Source of the DNA: Escherichia virus TH26
Sequence record: MT446400.1
DNA: 51,200 bases
Strand: one strand, 5' to 3'
The notes below the pieces were generated by a model that ran no database searches, had not been told where the DNA came from, and saw only the letters and a program-made list of their open reading frames with translations. Position 1 is the first letter of the stretch; every line of letters begins with the position of its first letter. A program made the position numbers and the translations under genes. Below are positions 9,851-20,351 of this stretch, one piece after another.

Positions 9851-10956
9851 TAGAAAGACTCCATAGCCATTCCACTGTTTAAGTAGGCTTGCTGCCAAGC
9901 CGCTTCTTTACCGCCCATTGCAGTATTGCCGCCAAGCATTGCAGTGATGGTTGTTTGGAAAACAGTTTCATGGGTTGAGCCATGATGGACAACTTCTGTG
10001 ATGAAGTATTTATCTTCCATAGCCCAACGGAACACGCTTTGGTCTGTGTTAAGAACAACACCCTTTCCAGTTACCGAAGTAACACCATTTGCTAGTAGTT
10101 GTTCTCCCAACAAAGGGGACACATCAAGAATCATTCCTGGTTGATAGCTAGCGTTAAGAAATGTGTTCAGGGAGTATGTTGCAATTCCAGCAATAGGGTT
10201 CCCAATAACCTGATTGGCATCCAGCTTGATTGGTTCACGGTCTTTTGACATTCTGTCTACAGCATCTTTATTGCCGTAGGTGTCTGGAAAGATTTGAATC
10301 TCACCAGTTGTTACTGAGAATAGTAAATTATATTCCCCAAGCAAGGCCCGGAATTCTTCCAAGAATGTGTCATGGAATACTCGACCTAACTTCAATTGAG
10401 TTTTGAATACAGACTCTTCAACACCAAAAGATGAAATGGTAGAGAAGCCATAATCCGCACACATAGAACGAATAGCATCTTCCAATGTTGCGCCATTTGG
10501 AATATCTTTCATCTGAGTAAATTCAGTAGATGCACCATAGGCTTTGGAGATACAAAACAATTGTGTTACGTGTTCTGGAGGACGTCTGAATCCAACTGCG
10601 TTTGTTACGATGCCAGAGAAGATTGTTGGCAGGACTTGACCAATCTCAATCCTTACTTCCGAATCCATCTGACTTGGGCTTTGATACTTACTGTGGCCAG
10701 CATTAACGACACGCTCGTCTTCGTAATATCCTGCACGAATTTCAATATACATATCACCATAGGACTTGTCTTGAAGGAATTTAACTTCATCGACGCCCAG
10801 GTTGTATAGAGTAATATCGGCAGTATCTGCTGGCCAACCAACAGTTGACCGGATGGTGAAATCAATCTTGTGTGCTTTAAACACAGACTTGGTTTCTGGG
10901 TCATCCTTTCTTGAGACAACTATCTCTATACCACGCATCCACGGCATGTTATACAC
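9850..10956 (-). CDS. Tail protein (Mu gpN / DNA-circularisation-like by position)
   Basis: 368 aa; first gene downstream of the tape-measure gene, as in Mu-like tail modules. Confidence 0.35.
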   Translation of the reverse strand: MYNMPWMRGIEIVVSRKDDPETKSVFKAHKIDFTIRSTVGWPADTADITLYNLGVDEVKFLQDKSYGDMYIEIRAGYYEDERVVNAGHSKYQSPSQMDSEVRIEIGQVLPTIFSGIVTNAVGFRRPPEHVTQLFCISKAYGASTEFTQMKDIPNGATLEDAIRSMCADYGFSTISSFGVEESVFKTQLKLGRVFHDTFLEEFRALLGEYNLLFSVTTGEIQIFPDTYGNKDAVDRMSKDREPIKLDANQVIGNPIAGIATYSLNTFLNASYQPGMILDVSPLLGEQLLANGVTSVTGKGVVLNTDQSVFRWAMEDKYFITEVVHHGSTHETVFQTTITAMLGGNTAMGGKEAAWQQAYLNSGMAMESF

Positions 10957-10984
10957 CTATTGAAATTAATACATATTCAAATAA

Positions 10985-11018
10985 TGTTAAAGAAGAATGC
11001 CGAGATTAAATCCCGGCA
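10985..11018 (-). terminator. Rho-independent terminator candidate downstream of the tape-measure gene
   Basis: On the minus strand: 8-bp stem TGCCGGGA...TCTCGGCA with a TTTAA loop, followed by TTCTTCTTT. Confidence 0.45.
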
Positions 11019-11023
11019 CTTTC

Positions 11024-14000
11024 TTATCTGCGTTCCATTGCACCATTACCCATGTTGATTGTTTGGGTAACAGTTTGACCGTTCGGAGTTGACACGGTTG
11101 CAGACGCTTGCTTGTTGTTCACAGTAGCTTTGACTTCAACGTTAACTACAGTGGCCTGTGTCTGACCATAAGACAGTCCATTTCTGGTGAAGCCAGTTGC
11201 ACCTTCCGCAATAGAATCGCCCTGAGAAGCCCATTCACGGTACTTCTTGACGCGGTTCTGTGCCTGTAGAGGAACAGCATTGAGCCAGTCGGTTCCGTGT
11301 TTGTTGATAGCATCATCAACAGTTCCAGCACCATCCGTATACGCCGCCATAACCTTCTCAGCGTCACCATTATAACGCTTGAGCATTGCATCATAGTAGT
11401 CACGACCAACGCGAGCACGCTCTTCCAGAGAGTTATCACGGGCAGGTGTAACGCCAAATCCTGGGTCACGGGAAGTTGAATCAAGAACTTGCATACGACC
11501 TTTAGCACCAGTTGGCGATGTAACCACCGAACCATCTGCGTTCAAATCGCGGTTCCCTGACTCTTCTCCTGCGATAAAGTCATAAACATTACGTGTTGCA
11601 TCGGCTGCACCATTGGGGGCCATACGCATCGTTCTGGCTGCATCTCCACCTGCTTCGATAAATGAACTTCCGTAGGATATTGCAGCTTGCGGAACTGCAT
11701 ATCCTGGCAGCACCCCAGCACGCTCCGTCTGCGCTATTCCTAGCTGTGCAACGCCATCGGCATACTGTGAGCTGGCTCCACGGCTTACGTTCTCCTGAGC
11801 CTCGTTCACGCTGTAATCTGTACGGTCATAGGCGCGAGCCATGCCATCCAGACCAGCCATTTGCATAGCGCCAGCGATACGCGCCTGACTCCAGCCCCGC
11901 TCCTGACCACGTTCGCGCATTACCCGCGCTAAGGCTACAGGGTCGCCCTGTGCCGCACGAATGTCGCCAATTGTGATAAGACCACGGGTTCCCTGAACGA
12001 TGTTCACAGCGCCGCTGGGGTCGCCATTCAGGAGAGTGTTATAGGCACTATGTGTGGTTCGATTGAGTCGGCCAGCTTGTTGCTGATTAAGCCCCAACAT
12101 TTCCAAGCCCTGCGACATGGAAGAATATTCATTAGGGTTATTGACACCAGCGTCTAAAGAGTTTCCGTAGAAATCGTTCAGACCTTCCAGAGCTTCGTTA
12201 CCAATTTGGGTAGCACCAATAGCCATACCAGCGACACGACCCCACGGAGTCATCATCATGGCATTCATAGCGCCATTGGATAAAGAGCCAATACTGCCAC
12301 CAGCTACGCCAGCAGCCAATGCACCACCCATGCGACCGAAGTCATCGCCAAAACTTCCACCAGCTTGCCACCCACGACGCCCACCACCGCCACCAGAACC
12401 ACCACCGCTAATGCCATAGCTACTAGCATCAATGTTGTCCCAGAAGCCGCCTGAGCGCCCACCGTCGCCACCGCCGAAATCTGCATCCTGACCACGGAGT
12501 TTGTTTTCTTCCTGTGCTGCGAGGATACCTTTCTTAACCGACACAGCCATCATGTCATTGCCAGTTGTGCTATCAGCGCCAACAGCAGAGGCTGTAGCAG
12601 CACCAACTCCAGCATCGGTACGGTTGCCTATGAATGGGTCATCAGGTGTGCCAGCAGCAGGAGAGTAGCCACGATTTGACCTCTGCTTAACATCCTTCCA
12701 CAGGCCGTCACCAGTCATGGCAGCACGAGCACCCTTGATTAAATCATCATTGGACAAGTCTGGATTAGCTTCAACAAACTCTCGACCAGCATTAAGACGA
12801 CCAATAACAGAATCAATCTTATCTTTGTTGCGGTCGTACCATCCTTCATCCTTGTCAATCCACTCCGACTTCGTGGTATCGCCGATGGTTTGAGAAAACA
12901 ATGCGCGCGAACGACCAGATACAAGCATCCCAAATTGAATTTGGTCCATGTAATCTTTATGGTCACCCGCAGATAAGTTGGCAAACTTGCCAGCCCTTTG
13001 AGGGTTCTTGTGTTCCCAAATCGCGTCATCGCCGATAAGACCATCTGGGGAATACATGAACGACGGATAATTGTCATTTGTAATTGCGCCAGCTTGCTCA
13101 ATGTCGAATCCAAATTCTTTGGCTACACGGTTACGAGCAACTTCTTCCGTCCGATGGCCTGCTTCGAACATTCGTTGGGTAAATTCACTTGGCCCCTTTC
13201 CGCGTTGTAGGCCAATTTTGTCAATCATTGCAGCCCAAGGTCGAGTATATTCATTGTTACCAAGAAATGAACCGACAGTTGAGCCTGTAATGTCATATTG
13301 TTTACGGAAGTCTAACCACTCCTGAGTACCCTGTTCCATATTATGAAACTTGATTGGGCCTTGTTGTGGTTCAGGCTGAGGAACAGCGGAATCCAGGTTT
13401 GCGATTGCAATGCTCTCACGACGAGAGCGAGCAGAGTTCCAACTCGTTGGTGAATCAAGCTGTGCAATAAACTCTGTAGATGGACTTAATTCAACAGGTC
13501 CAGTGTTTCTTAAACGTTCAGCAGGGTCGAAAGTCTTACTGATTTCAGCTTCATTATATTGGTGAGCATTTTCCAGTACGCCACGAATAGATGCACCAGA
13601 ATAACGAGGGTCATCACCAATATCTTTCTTTAGGTTGTCATAACCAGAACGAGCATCTGCAAGGTCTGTATAACGAGATGCAGAATCAAGAATCAAATCT
13701 CGGTCAGAAGATTGAGTGCGATATGCGTTCATCCCTCGTTCTGAACCACCAACATATACCTTAGCAGCAGATTTAACTACGCCAGATACATCTTGATATA
13801 AAGATTTACTTGCATCAGACCAACCTGGGGAGCCAGATAATGATGCAGATAAAGAATATTCAGCTTTAATGCCAGAACCCATAGAGCCTAAAGGTAGGCC
13901 AGATGCGTTAAGCGGTTGTCGGGGATGTTGAATATCACCAACAATAGATTCAGAACCAAGTTGAGGAAGAGAATCCATGTATGAAACTCTTGGCCCCGAC

Positions 14001-14698
14001 TTATTACCTACATTCATTGCAGATACAGCAGCAACTTCACGGAAGTTTTGCGGCAATTCTGATTCTAAACGTTTGGCTACACGATAAACATCTCGTGCAT
14101 AGCGGTCTGGGTCGTCATATTGTTGACGGTCAACATATATATGAGCAAGATAGCCCATAGATTTGGCAATATCTCCACGGTTTGTAGAGTATTCACCCAT
14201 AATGTCACCAGTGTAATGACCAGGAAGTTCCGGCATTATATCTTGATGACCTGCCAGCGTATCACGCATGTACGCATTAAGCATTCCCCAATGACCTTCT
14301 GGTTTGTTTGGGTTTGCTTTAGGCATGTGCATCCACACATCATCGGCGGATACACCTAATTTCTCCATGTAGGCATGAACAGCTTCTACATGGTGACTTG
14401 GACCGTTCATTGCAGCATGGAATGTTTCAGCAAGCCCAGCACCAGAAATCATCTGTGCAACGTGAGCTGAGTCTGAAATCATGTCGGAAGTGCCATAAGA
14501 GATGCCATCATCTTCTGTATAGGTTTCTTCCATAAGCTGTGAATTTGTTTCCATCCAACCAGAGGCAGCACTTGATTCAAGTTGCTGTGCCATATCTCGT
14601 TTGCGCATACCTGGATTGAATGACAGACCATATTGAGCACCTAAGCCAATCAATTCGGCTTCGGACATTCTCATTAAATCTTTTATGTTATTAGCCAT
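11024..14698 (-). CDS. Tail tape-measure-like protein with C-terminal lytic transglycosylase (SLT)-like domain
   Basis: 1224 aa; lies between the tail chaperone and baseplate genes; central Gly-rich tract (GGGDGGRSGG...GGGSGGGGGRRG); C-terminal segment with SLT-like motifs (ESGNRD...GAKGRMQVLDST...AYTDGAGTV). Confidence 0.5.
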   Translation of the reverse strand: MANNIKDLMRMSEAELIGLGAQYGLSFNPGMRKRDMAQQLESSAASGWMETNSQLMEETYTEDDGISYGTSDMISDSAHVAQMISGAGLAETFHAAMNGPSHHVEAVHAYMEKLGVSADDVWMHMPKANPNKPEGHWGMLNAYMRDTLAGHQDIMPELPGHYTGDIMGEYSTNRGDIAKSMGYLAHIYVDRQQYDDPDRYARDVYRVAKRLESELPQNFREVAAVSAMNVGNKSGPRVSYMDSLPQLGSESIVGDIQHPRQPLNASGLPLGSMGSGIKAEYSLSASLSGSPGWSDASKSLYQDVSGVVKSAAKVYVGGSERGMNAYRTQSSDRDLILDSASRYTDLADARSGYDNLKKDIGDDPRYSGASIRGVLENAHQYNEAEISKTFDPAERLRNTGPVELSPSTEFIAQLDSPTSWNSARSRRESIAIANLDSAVPQPEPQQGPIKFHNMEQGTQEWLDFRKQYDITGSTVGSFLGNNEYTRPWAAMIDKIGLQRGKGPSEFTQRMFEAGHRTEEVARNRVAKEFGFDIEQAGAITNDNYPSFMYSPDGLIGDDAIWEHKNPQRAGKFANLSAGDHKDYMDQIQFGMLVSGRSRALFSQTIGDTTKSEWIDKDEGWYDRNKDKIDSVIGRLNAGREFVEANPDLSNDDLIKGARAAMTGDGLWKDVKQRSNRGYSPAAGTPDDPFIGNRTDAGVGAATASAVGADSTTGNDMMAVSVKKGILAAQEENKLRGQDADFGGGDGGRSGGFWDNIDASSYGISGGGSGGGGGRRGWQAGGSFGDDFGRMGGALAAGVAGGSIGSLSNGAMNAMMMTPWGRVAGMAIGATQIGNEALEGLNDFYGNSLDAGVNNPNEYSSMSQGLEMLGLNQQQAGRLNRTTHSAYNTLLNGDPSGAVNIVQGTRGLITIGDIRAAQGDPVALARVMRERGQERGWSQARIAGAMQMAGLDGMARAYDRTDYSVNEAQENVSRGASSQYADGVAQLGIAQTERAGVLPGYAVPQAAISYGSSFIEAGGDAARTMRMAPNGAADATRNVYDFIAGEESGNRDLNADGSVVTSPTGAKGRMQVLDSTSRDPGFGVTPARDNSLEERARVGRDYYDAMLKRYNGDAEKVMAAYTDGAGTVDDAINKHGTDWLNAVPLQAQNRVKKYREWASQGDSIAEGATGFTRNGLSYGQTQATVVNVEVKATVNNKQASATVSTPNGQTVTQTINMGNGAMERR

Positions 14699-14866
14699 TG
14701 TCTTCTTCTTTAGGTTTTAATTCATTACGCAAATCAAGTATTGCGTGGAAGGTCAACAAATCCATAATAGAGTAGGTCCCATCTTGTAACTCTTTAAGAG
14801 AACAGAGTGAACTGTCCTCTATTACAGGACGGTGCAAGAAGTATCTTATTTCCGGGAACTTTGCAG

Positions 14867-15325
14867 TTAAATCGTTTCCGGACTCGAATTCTTCTGCTCG
14901 GCCATCTTGGATGCCTCCGCCGCCTCCAATCGTCTGCGTTCGTTGAGTTCGAGCCCTTGCTTGAAAAAATCAAGGAAGTTCGATTCCAAAACAAATGCAA
15001 ACACATGGTGCATGAGCATCAAGTTGCCGTTGTATTTCATCTGCATAGTGCGTGGATTAACTTCGACACCATCAATGGTTGCCATACACACTACACGTTT
15101 AATCAATTCTGTTACTTCATTGCTCGTCCCACCTTGCTGCATTAAATAAATAATGTCTGCAAAGTTATATTTATTCTCAACGAACGGGAAGATTGAAGTT
15201 CCGAGTTTCTGAACAAGCTCGACTTGAAGGTCAAGAGCTTGGCTGGCACTCAATTGACGAGTACCAACCAAGACAACATCACCAGAGTCGGCTTGTAACT
15301 CGCGTTGACGAAGTTCACAAGCCAT
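14867..15325 (-). CDS. Tail assembly chaperone (gpG-like, by position)
   Basis: 152 aa acidic protein between the tail tube and tape-measure genes. Confidence 0.35.
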   Translation of the reverse strand: MACELRQRELQADSGDVVLVGTRQLSASQALDLQVELVQKLGTSIFPFVENKYNFADIIYLMQQGGTSNEVTELIKRVVCMATIDGVEVNPRTMQMKYNGNLMLMHHVFAFVLESNFLDFFKQGLELNERRRLEAAEASKMAEQKNSSPETI

Positions 15326-15340
15326 GCTCTTACCTTAATG

Positions 15341-15796
15341 TTATACGCCGATTTCTGGATACTGACCAGTTACGATGGTGAGGCGCTCTACAAAGATAGC
15401 CCACATGTTGGATGTAAAGGTTACACCACGAACAATAGCAGGCTGTTGTAGGATTGCACCGTTAACACCGTTAACCAGAACGTCACCCATCTTATCCACC
15501 AACTGAATCTGCAAAGGTTCCCACAGAGATTTGTTACCAGACAAACCAGTTGCACGAGTAAGTTGTGCACGTTGATACAGAATTTCATTCCAGTCAGCAG
15601 TTTGCAGCAGAGGGAAAGTAATTACCCCAGACTGGTCAGCAGTGGTTGCTACAGCAAGTTTGCCGTAAGCATCCATAACAGGAACATGCTGTGGCACGTT
15701 GTAGCGTGCCGTAATTACAGATTGCCCTGCCTGAAAACCGTCTACACGAGCACCGTCAATCAGGAGGTCTGTATTATAAAACGAATATTGCTTCAC
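15341..15796 (-). CDS. Tail tube protein
   Basis: 151 aa; immediately downstream of the sheath gene. Confidence 0.5.
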   Translation of the reverse strand: MKQYSFYNTDLLIDGARVDGFQAGQSVITARYNVPQHVPVMDAYGKLAVATTADQSGVITFPLLQTADWNEILYQRAQLTRATGLSGNKSLWEPLQIQLVDKMGDVLVNGVNGAILQQPAIVRGVTFTSNMWAIFVERLTIVTGQYPEIGV

Positions 15797-15805
15797 TGTT
15801 CACCC

Positions 15806-17254
15806 TTACTGAATGAAGTTGCCAGAGATTACAGCACCCTGGATTGCACCGGAACCGATAGCAATAAAGGAAGTACCTTCCCAAATACGTTCACCCTTCT
15901 GCGACTGCAAGAGTTCCAACGGAGTAGAAATAACTTTGTAGCCTTCTGGATAGAAGACACCTTCGTTATCATAGCCAGGGGCAATGAGGCCGTTAGTCTT
16001 AGCGAGTTCGAGCGCCAGGGTTACTTGCTGGTTAACCATTGCTACACCAGTGTCCGTCCAAGGAATCTTGGTAGTGGAGGTGTAGAACAAGTTGAACACG
16101 TTCAGTCGGACTTTCTGAGTTAGCCATTCAACACCTTGTACGGAGTCGAACCACGTCCCATCAGCCATACGACCATTGAAGAACATTACGTTGCCAGCAA
16201 CAGAAATGAATGCGTTACCACCACAAGAAAGCAGCGCACTTACCTGACCAGAAGACAGGTCAGCAGTGGTGATACCTGGACCTTTCTTGTATGCCAGGAT
16301 AAGAACAGAGTTTGCAACGTTGAAGTTAACAGTTGATGCACGACCCAGGATAGAAATTTCCGGATATTCATCACCATTCGCAGAGGCATCGTAAACACAC
16401 AGAGTGTTACGCAGGTTCTGGTTCTTAGCACGACGGAAGCTGTTATCAGTGCCGTTGATAAGAATGTTCTTGTCACTGTCGCCCCAACCAAACACTTTGC
16501 TGGATGCTTCACACCACTTCGCCACGGACATTTGGTTGTCCACTGGAGTAGATTTACCACGGTACTGGCGGTCAAGACCTACATAGAAGAAGTTGAACGG
16601 AGCATCTGCAATAGCAGACAGGTCAGAAGAGATGGACAACTCGTTCTCACCTGCAACAATGACTGCGTTGTCAGAGGATTGCAGTTTAAGAACTTCACCA
16701 ACTTTACCACCAACGTTACTGATAGTTGCGTTAGCGCCAGTTGCAGAGGTAGTTAGTTTAAACTTACCAGCCTCTTGAGTAACAGTTACGCCAGCACCAA
16801 CGGAAGACAGTGCGGTAGTTACCAAAGTTGCAACTTCGTCGAAGTCGGGAGCAGAAGGGAAGTCAATCGGGTCAGTGACGTACTGAACACCGCTAACACT
16901 TAGTTGCAAGGTTGCAGCAGTTTCCAGCTTAATCGTTGCCAGTACAGCAGAAGTTGCAGCAGTAACAGTGGCAGGAGCTGCCGGAGTCAGGGTATCATAC
17001 TTGATAGCACCGACCAGGAAAGTCTTCGGAGTTGGCTTCTGCGAGTACCAAGTAGTAGCAGCTTTAGCAATCTCACCACCAGGGAAGTCTGCGAGAACTT
17101 CTTTCAAGCTGGTGTAGGAGCGAACCGGATATACATCAACGGTCGGTACAAACTCTTTGCTCATGAAGAGCAATGGCCCAAAACCATCAGTCGCAATGGC
17201 GTTCGGGGAGATAGTGATATCAACCTGAACTAAGTCAGAAATTGGGATTGACAT
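15806..17254 (-). CDS. Contractile tail sheath protein
   Basis: 482 aa; size, beta-rich composition and position (before tube, chaperone, tape-measure) typical of myovirus sheath proteins. Confidence 0.6.
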   Translation of the reverse strand: MSIPISDLVQVDITISPNAIATDGFGPLLFMSKEFVPTVDVYPVRSYTSLKEVLADFPGGEIAKAATTWYSQKPTPKTFLVGAIKYDTLTPAAPATVTAATSAVLATIKLETAATLQLSVSGVQYVTDPIDFPSAPDFDEVATLVTTALSSVGAGVTVTQEAGKFKLTTSATGANATISNVGGKVGEVLKLQSSDNAVIVAGENELSISSDLSAIADAPFNFFYVGLDRQYRGKSTPVDNQMSVAKWCEASSKVFGWGDSDKNILINGTDNSFRRAKNQNLRNTLCVYDASANGDEYPEISILGRASTVNFNVANSVLILAYKKGPGITTADLSSGQVSALLSCGGNAFISVAGNVMFFNGRMADGTWFDSVQGVEWLTQKVRLNVFNLFYTSTTKIPWTDTGVAMVNQQVTLALELAKTNGLIAPGYDNEGVFYPEGYKVISTPLELLQSQKGERIWEGTSFIAIGSGAIQGAVISGNFIQ

Positions 17255-17256
17255 TA

Positions 17257-17775
17257 TTAAACCTTTTTGGTTGTGATAAGTGTATTACCATCATAGAAGT
17301 TGCCACCAACATATGCGCCAGACATGACTCCGATAGGACTCAAATCTTCACGAATAATATTGAATTGCATTTTAACCGCTTGGCGAACTTCCCAATTGGT
17401 TTCCATTTGTATGGTGGCAAGATTTAAAGGTTCTTTACCAAGAGCAGCAAACTTCTCCTGCTTCAATTTGGCTTGAACATCGGGACGGTAAAACGAATTA
17501 TCAAACTTGATAAATTCATCACCCTCACGAGAAAACAATATTGCAAATGTCAGAATACGAACACCACGAGTACGGAACATTTCTTCACCATCAATGGTTA
17601 CTATCCTATTCTCGTCAAAGCCTGGGTTGGTGCTTGATAAACATTTGATTGCGGCATACTCCCCATGGGGTCTGGGAGCATTGATTTGCATGTTGTAGGT
17701 AAACTTCGGAATACCTACACACACATCTACAATCTCTTTCATGGACTGTAGTTCTTCGAGTCGAATATCCATCAC
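17257..17775 (-). CDS. Hypothetical neck / tail-completion protein
   Basis: 172 aa ORF between the head-tail joining genes and the sheath; position only. Confidence 0.3.
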   Translation of the reverse strand: MMDIRLEELQSMKEIVDVCVGIPKFTYNMQINAPRPHGEYAAIKCLSSTNPGFDENRIVTIDGEEMFRTRGVRILTFAILFSREGDEFIKFDNSFYRPDVQAKLKQEKFAALGKEPLNLATIQMETNWEVRQAVKMQFNIIREDLSPIGVMSGAYVGGNFYDGNTLITTKKV

Positions 17776-18188
17776 TTCTCCAATACGCGAGCGGCAATTA
17801 CAGAGAAGAATCCGGCATCTTCATAATCGTCTATTGCTATAACTTTATACTGAATGCCATAAACAGTGATGATTGATTTCATCGGCATCTCAGTACGACT
17901 ATGAATCTTCATGAATGATGGTTGACGCTCACCAACATCCGTTGCTTTAAGCTGTTGACCAGCTACACCCGAATCCCTGTCACCATATGCAATAGGGGTG
18001 CAGCGGAACTTCTTCGGAGGCTCCCAAGAGTCTTCCACCCAATTGTTGAGATTGTCGTAATGACCTTCTATATATACTGCAAGGGTGGGGCGACCCGTGG
18101 TTGTATATCTGTTGAAAGCTAGGCGTTGATTAATCAAAACTGGAACCCAGGGCTTAACCTCGGCCCAGCAAATGCCATGCGCCTCCAT
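17772..18188 (-). CDS. Hypothetical head-tail joining protein
   Basis: 138 aa; position in the neck module. Confidence 0.3.
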   Translation of the reverse strand: MEAHGICWAEVKPWVPVLINQRLAFNRYTTTGRPTLAVYIEGHYDNLNNWVEDSWEPPKKFRCTPIAYGDRDSGVAGQQLKATDVGERQPSFMKIHSRTEMPMKSIITVYGIQYKVIAIDDYEDAGFFSVIAARVLEK

Positions 18189-18523
18189 TGCAAATAACGT
18201 TGACCGTACACGGTTGACATGAAATCAGCTTCGATATATGGAATAGTCGAAATGATTCGGTCGCTAAACTCTACCTGCACATCGTCCACATCGGTACGAC
18301 TTACAGGCATAGCTGGCATTGCGGCATCACCAGGCATTATGTCATCAATTGTTGAAGACCAATGCGCGACAAGTGATGCCATAGCTGGGTCATAAAACCC
18401 ACACCAACGCGATTCGATTGTACCCATAACAAGTTTTGCATCTTCAACTAAGATATCAAAACGGCCTTGGGTCATGTCAGCCATAGCCGGATAACGTTTC
18501 ACCAAATCGGTCAGTGTAATCAT
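18134..18523 (-). CDS. Hypothetical head-tail connector protein
   Basis: 129 aa; position in the neck module. Confidence 0.3.
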   Translation of the reverse strand: MITLTDLVKRYPAMADMTQGRFDILVEDAKLVMGTIESRWCGFYDPAMASLVAHWSSTIDDIMPGDAAMPAMPVSRTDVDDVQVEFSDRIISTIPYIEADFMSTVYGQRYLQWRRMAFAGPRLSPGFQF

Positions 18524-18963
18524 TATGCCAACTTATCGTAGAGGGCCAGTTTAGCTTCTTCCGGCATATCTTTGATGTTCACGCCGTTAGCAACCAACAC
18601 TTTATCAATGTCAGGCATACCAACTTTCACGCGTTCAACAATAGACAGGCTGCCAGCTTTGATAGCTTCTTTGACCAGGTTTACTTTACGAGTTTTACCC
18701 GTGGTGTAATATTCCTTAATCACGAGTGCTTCTTTGCCAGACTTAACGTCAGCACCGATGTTGGAGTCGTCCAGCTTAACTACTTCTTCACGCATCACTT
18801 CAACTTCAGTGACAGAAGAGGTAATTGCTTTATACACTTCATCATCAATTTCAACAGTTGCACCGCCAGGAATGTGTACAAAATCCAGCACAGGTTTGCC
18901 AGATTTATCCTTCTTGTAGAAGAAGAATTGGAGGTTGCGAGTTTCGTTGTTCTTGAGCTGCAT
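18523..18963 (-). CDS. Hypothetical structural protein
   Basis: 146 aa ORF immediately downstream of the capsid gene. Confidence 0.3.
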   Translation of the reverse strand: MQLKNNETRNLQFFFYKKDKSGKPVLDFVHIPGGATVEIDDEVYKAITSSVTEVEVMREEVVKLDDSNIGADVKSGKEALVIKEYYTTGKTRKVNLVKEAIKAGSLSIVERVKVGMPDIDKVLVANGVNIKDMPEEAKLALYDKLA

Positions 18964-18974
18964 TACATTTCTCT

Positions 18975-18999
18975 TAAATTAGGCGAGATTTCTCCCGCC
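18975..18999 (-). terminator. Terminator-like hairpin downstream of the major capsid gene
   Basis: On the minus strand: GGCGGGA-GAAA-TCTCGCC (7-bp stem, GNRA tetraloop) followed by an A/T-rich tract. Confidence 0.4.
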
Positions 19000-19006
19000 A
19001 TCTGGA

Positions 19007-20014
19007 TTAAATACCGGAGTTGATGGAGATTGCTGCCGGATACATTGCCTGGAAGCCGGCGAAACGGCCACGACCAGGTACTTCATAAACCAGGCCATGC
19101 AGCTGAACTGGTTGCCAAGTTAACGGCAGCGGTTCACGCAGACGGAAGGTACGGTTGCCCATAGCTTCACGGCACACAACTACGAAGCAATCTGCACCAG
19201 AAGCACCGTGACCTTTGATTGCGTTCAGACCCTTGATTTTGTCGCGGGAGTTGATGAACTGGTTGTTGTCAATGAAGAACTGACCGATAGTCTTGTCGGA
19301 CTGCTCAGAACGTGCGGTGTTGAAGATGTACTGCTCATGCTCAACAGGCATCCAGATTTCAGAAGGACGCATGATTTTCAGAGTAGATGCGTACATTGCA
19401 GACACAGCAGTGGTCAGGTCAGCAATAACTTCGGTCGGAGTCTTCTCGTTCCACTTAGTAGAACCGCCAGCACCCTGAGCAACAGTTGCTTTGGTAACGT
19501 CTGGGTTTTCGAAGAAGCCAACAAAGCCATTAGCCTGGTCGCCGTACCATGCAGCGGAGTTTACATACTGCTCGTAACCACGAATCGCAGCATTTGCTTT
19601 ACGAGTTTCCAGCGGCAGACCAGTTACAGCAGCAGATGCTACTTCATCAATGTCGTAGTCGAATGCAGTACCAACAGACTTAACTGTTACGCTGTATTCT
19701 TTACCAGAAATGCTGGACTTCGGCAGGTCGGTTGCACGGGCGTTGATTACCTGAGCTTTACCAACATGGTTGTATGAACGGTAGGTCAGCGTGTTAACAC
19801 CAGCGCCGCCAGTAGTATCAACACCGAAAGCAGCACGAGCTTCCAGTTCAGGATACAGGGTGTCGTAAGTTTGAGCTTCAATGAACTCAAGCTGACGTTG
19901 AAAGAACACTGCGTCGTCGTCATTCAAAACAACGGTGCCAGAGTCCTGGATACGGGTGATGGCATCATTCAGTTCAAATTCAGAACCGTCGGCCAGTTTA
20001 ATCATCTTTGGCAT
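19007..20014 (-). CDS. Major capsid protein
   Basis: 335 aa; follows portal, scaffold/protease and decoration-like genes; followed by a terminator-like hairpin. Confidence 0.6.
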   Translation of the reverse strand: MPKMIKLADGSEFELNDAITRIQDSGTVVLNDDDAVFFQRQLEFIEAQTYDTLYPELEARAAFGVDTTGGAGVNTLTYRSYNHVGKAQVINARATDLPKSSISGKEYSVTVKSVGTAFDYDIDEVASAAVTGLPLETRKANAAIRGYEQYVNSAAWYGDQANGFVGFFENPDVTKATVAQGAGGSTKWNEKTPTEVIADLTTAVSAMYASTLKIMRPSEIWMPVEHEQYIFNTARSEQSDKTIGQFFIDNNQFINSRDKIKGLNAIKGHGASGADCFVVVCREAMGNRTFRLREPLPLTWQPVQLHGLVYEVPGRGRFAGFQAMYPAAISINSGI

Positions 20015-20058
20015 TAAATTTATTCCATTAGGCGCAGATTATTCTACGCCAATTAAAC

Positions 20059-20310
20059 TTAAGGGTGCGTAATGGTGATTGCTTTAGTAGCAGTTACACC
20101 AGATGCAGTCTTATGGGTTGCTTTGATTGTTGCAGAGGTCGCAGTACCAATCGTCGCAGTTGCAACAGTTACAGTACCATTAGCCGCCACAGAGACTCCA
20201 GTGACCGCTGGGTCAACAGTGAAGTTGTAGTCGCTAGCAACAGAGTTTGCAAACGTAAACAGTTTATCAACAGTTACGGTAGCATTTGTAGTTGAAGCAT
20301 CAGCAGTCAC
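20059..20310 (-). CDS. Small Ig-like (Big_2-type) head-associated protein
   Basis: 83 aa; Thr/Ala/Val-rich beta-strand pattern typical of Ig-like decoration domains. Confidence 0.35.
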   Translation of the reverse strand: MTADASTTNATVTVDKLFTFANSVASDYNFTVDPAVTGVSVAANGTVTVATATIGTATSATIKATHKTASGVTATKAITITHP

Positions 20311-20351
20311 AGCCGCCGCTACCGCAGTAACGGTCGGTGTTGGAGGTGGCG

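Noticed and set aside
14794-15006. Alternative-frame ORF overlapping the 3' end of the tail chaperone gene, considered as a programmed -1 frameshift (G/GT-type) extension
   Set aside because: No X_XXY_YYZ slippery heptamer found near the end of the chaperone ORF and the extension would be only ~25 aa; not supportable from sequence alone.
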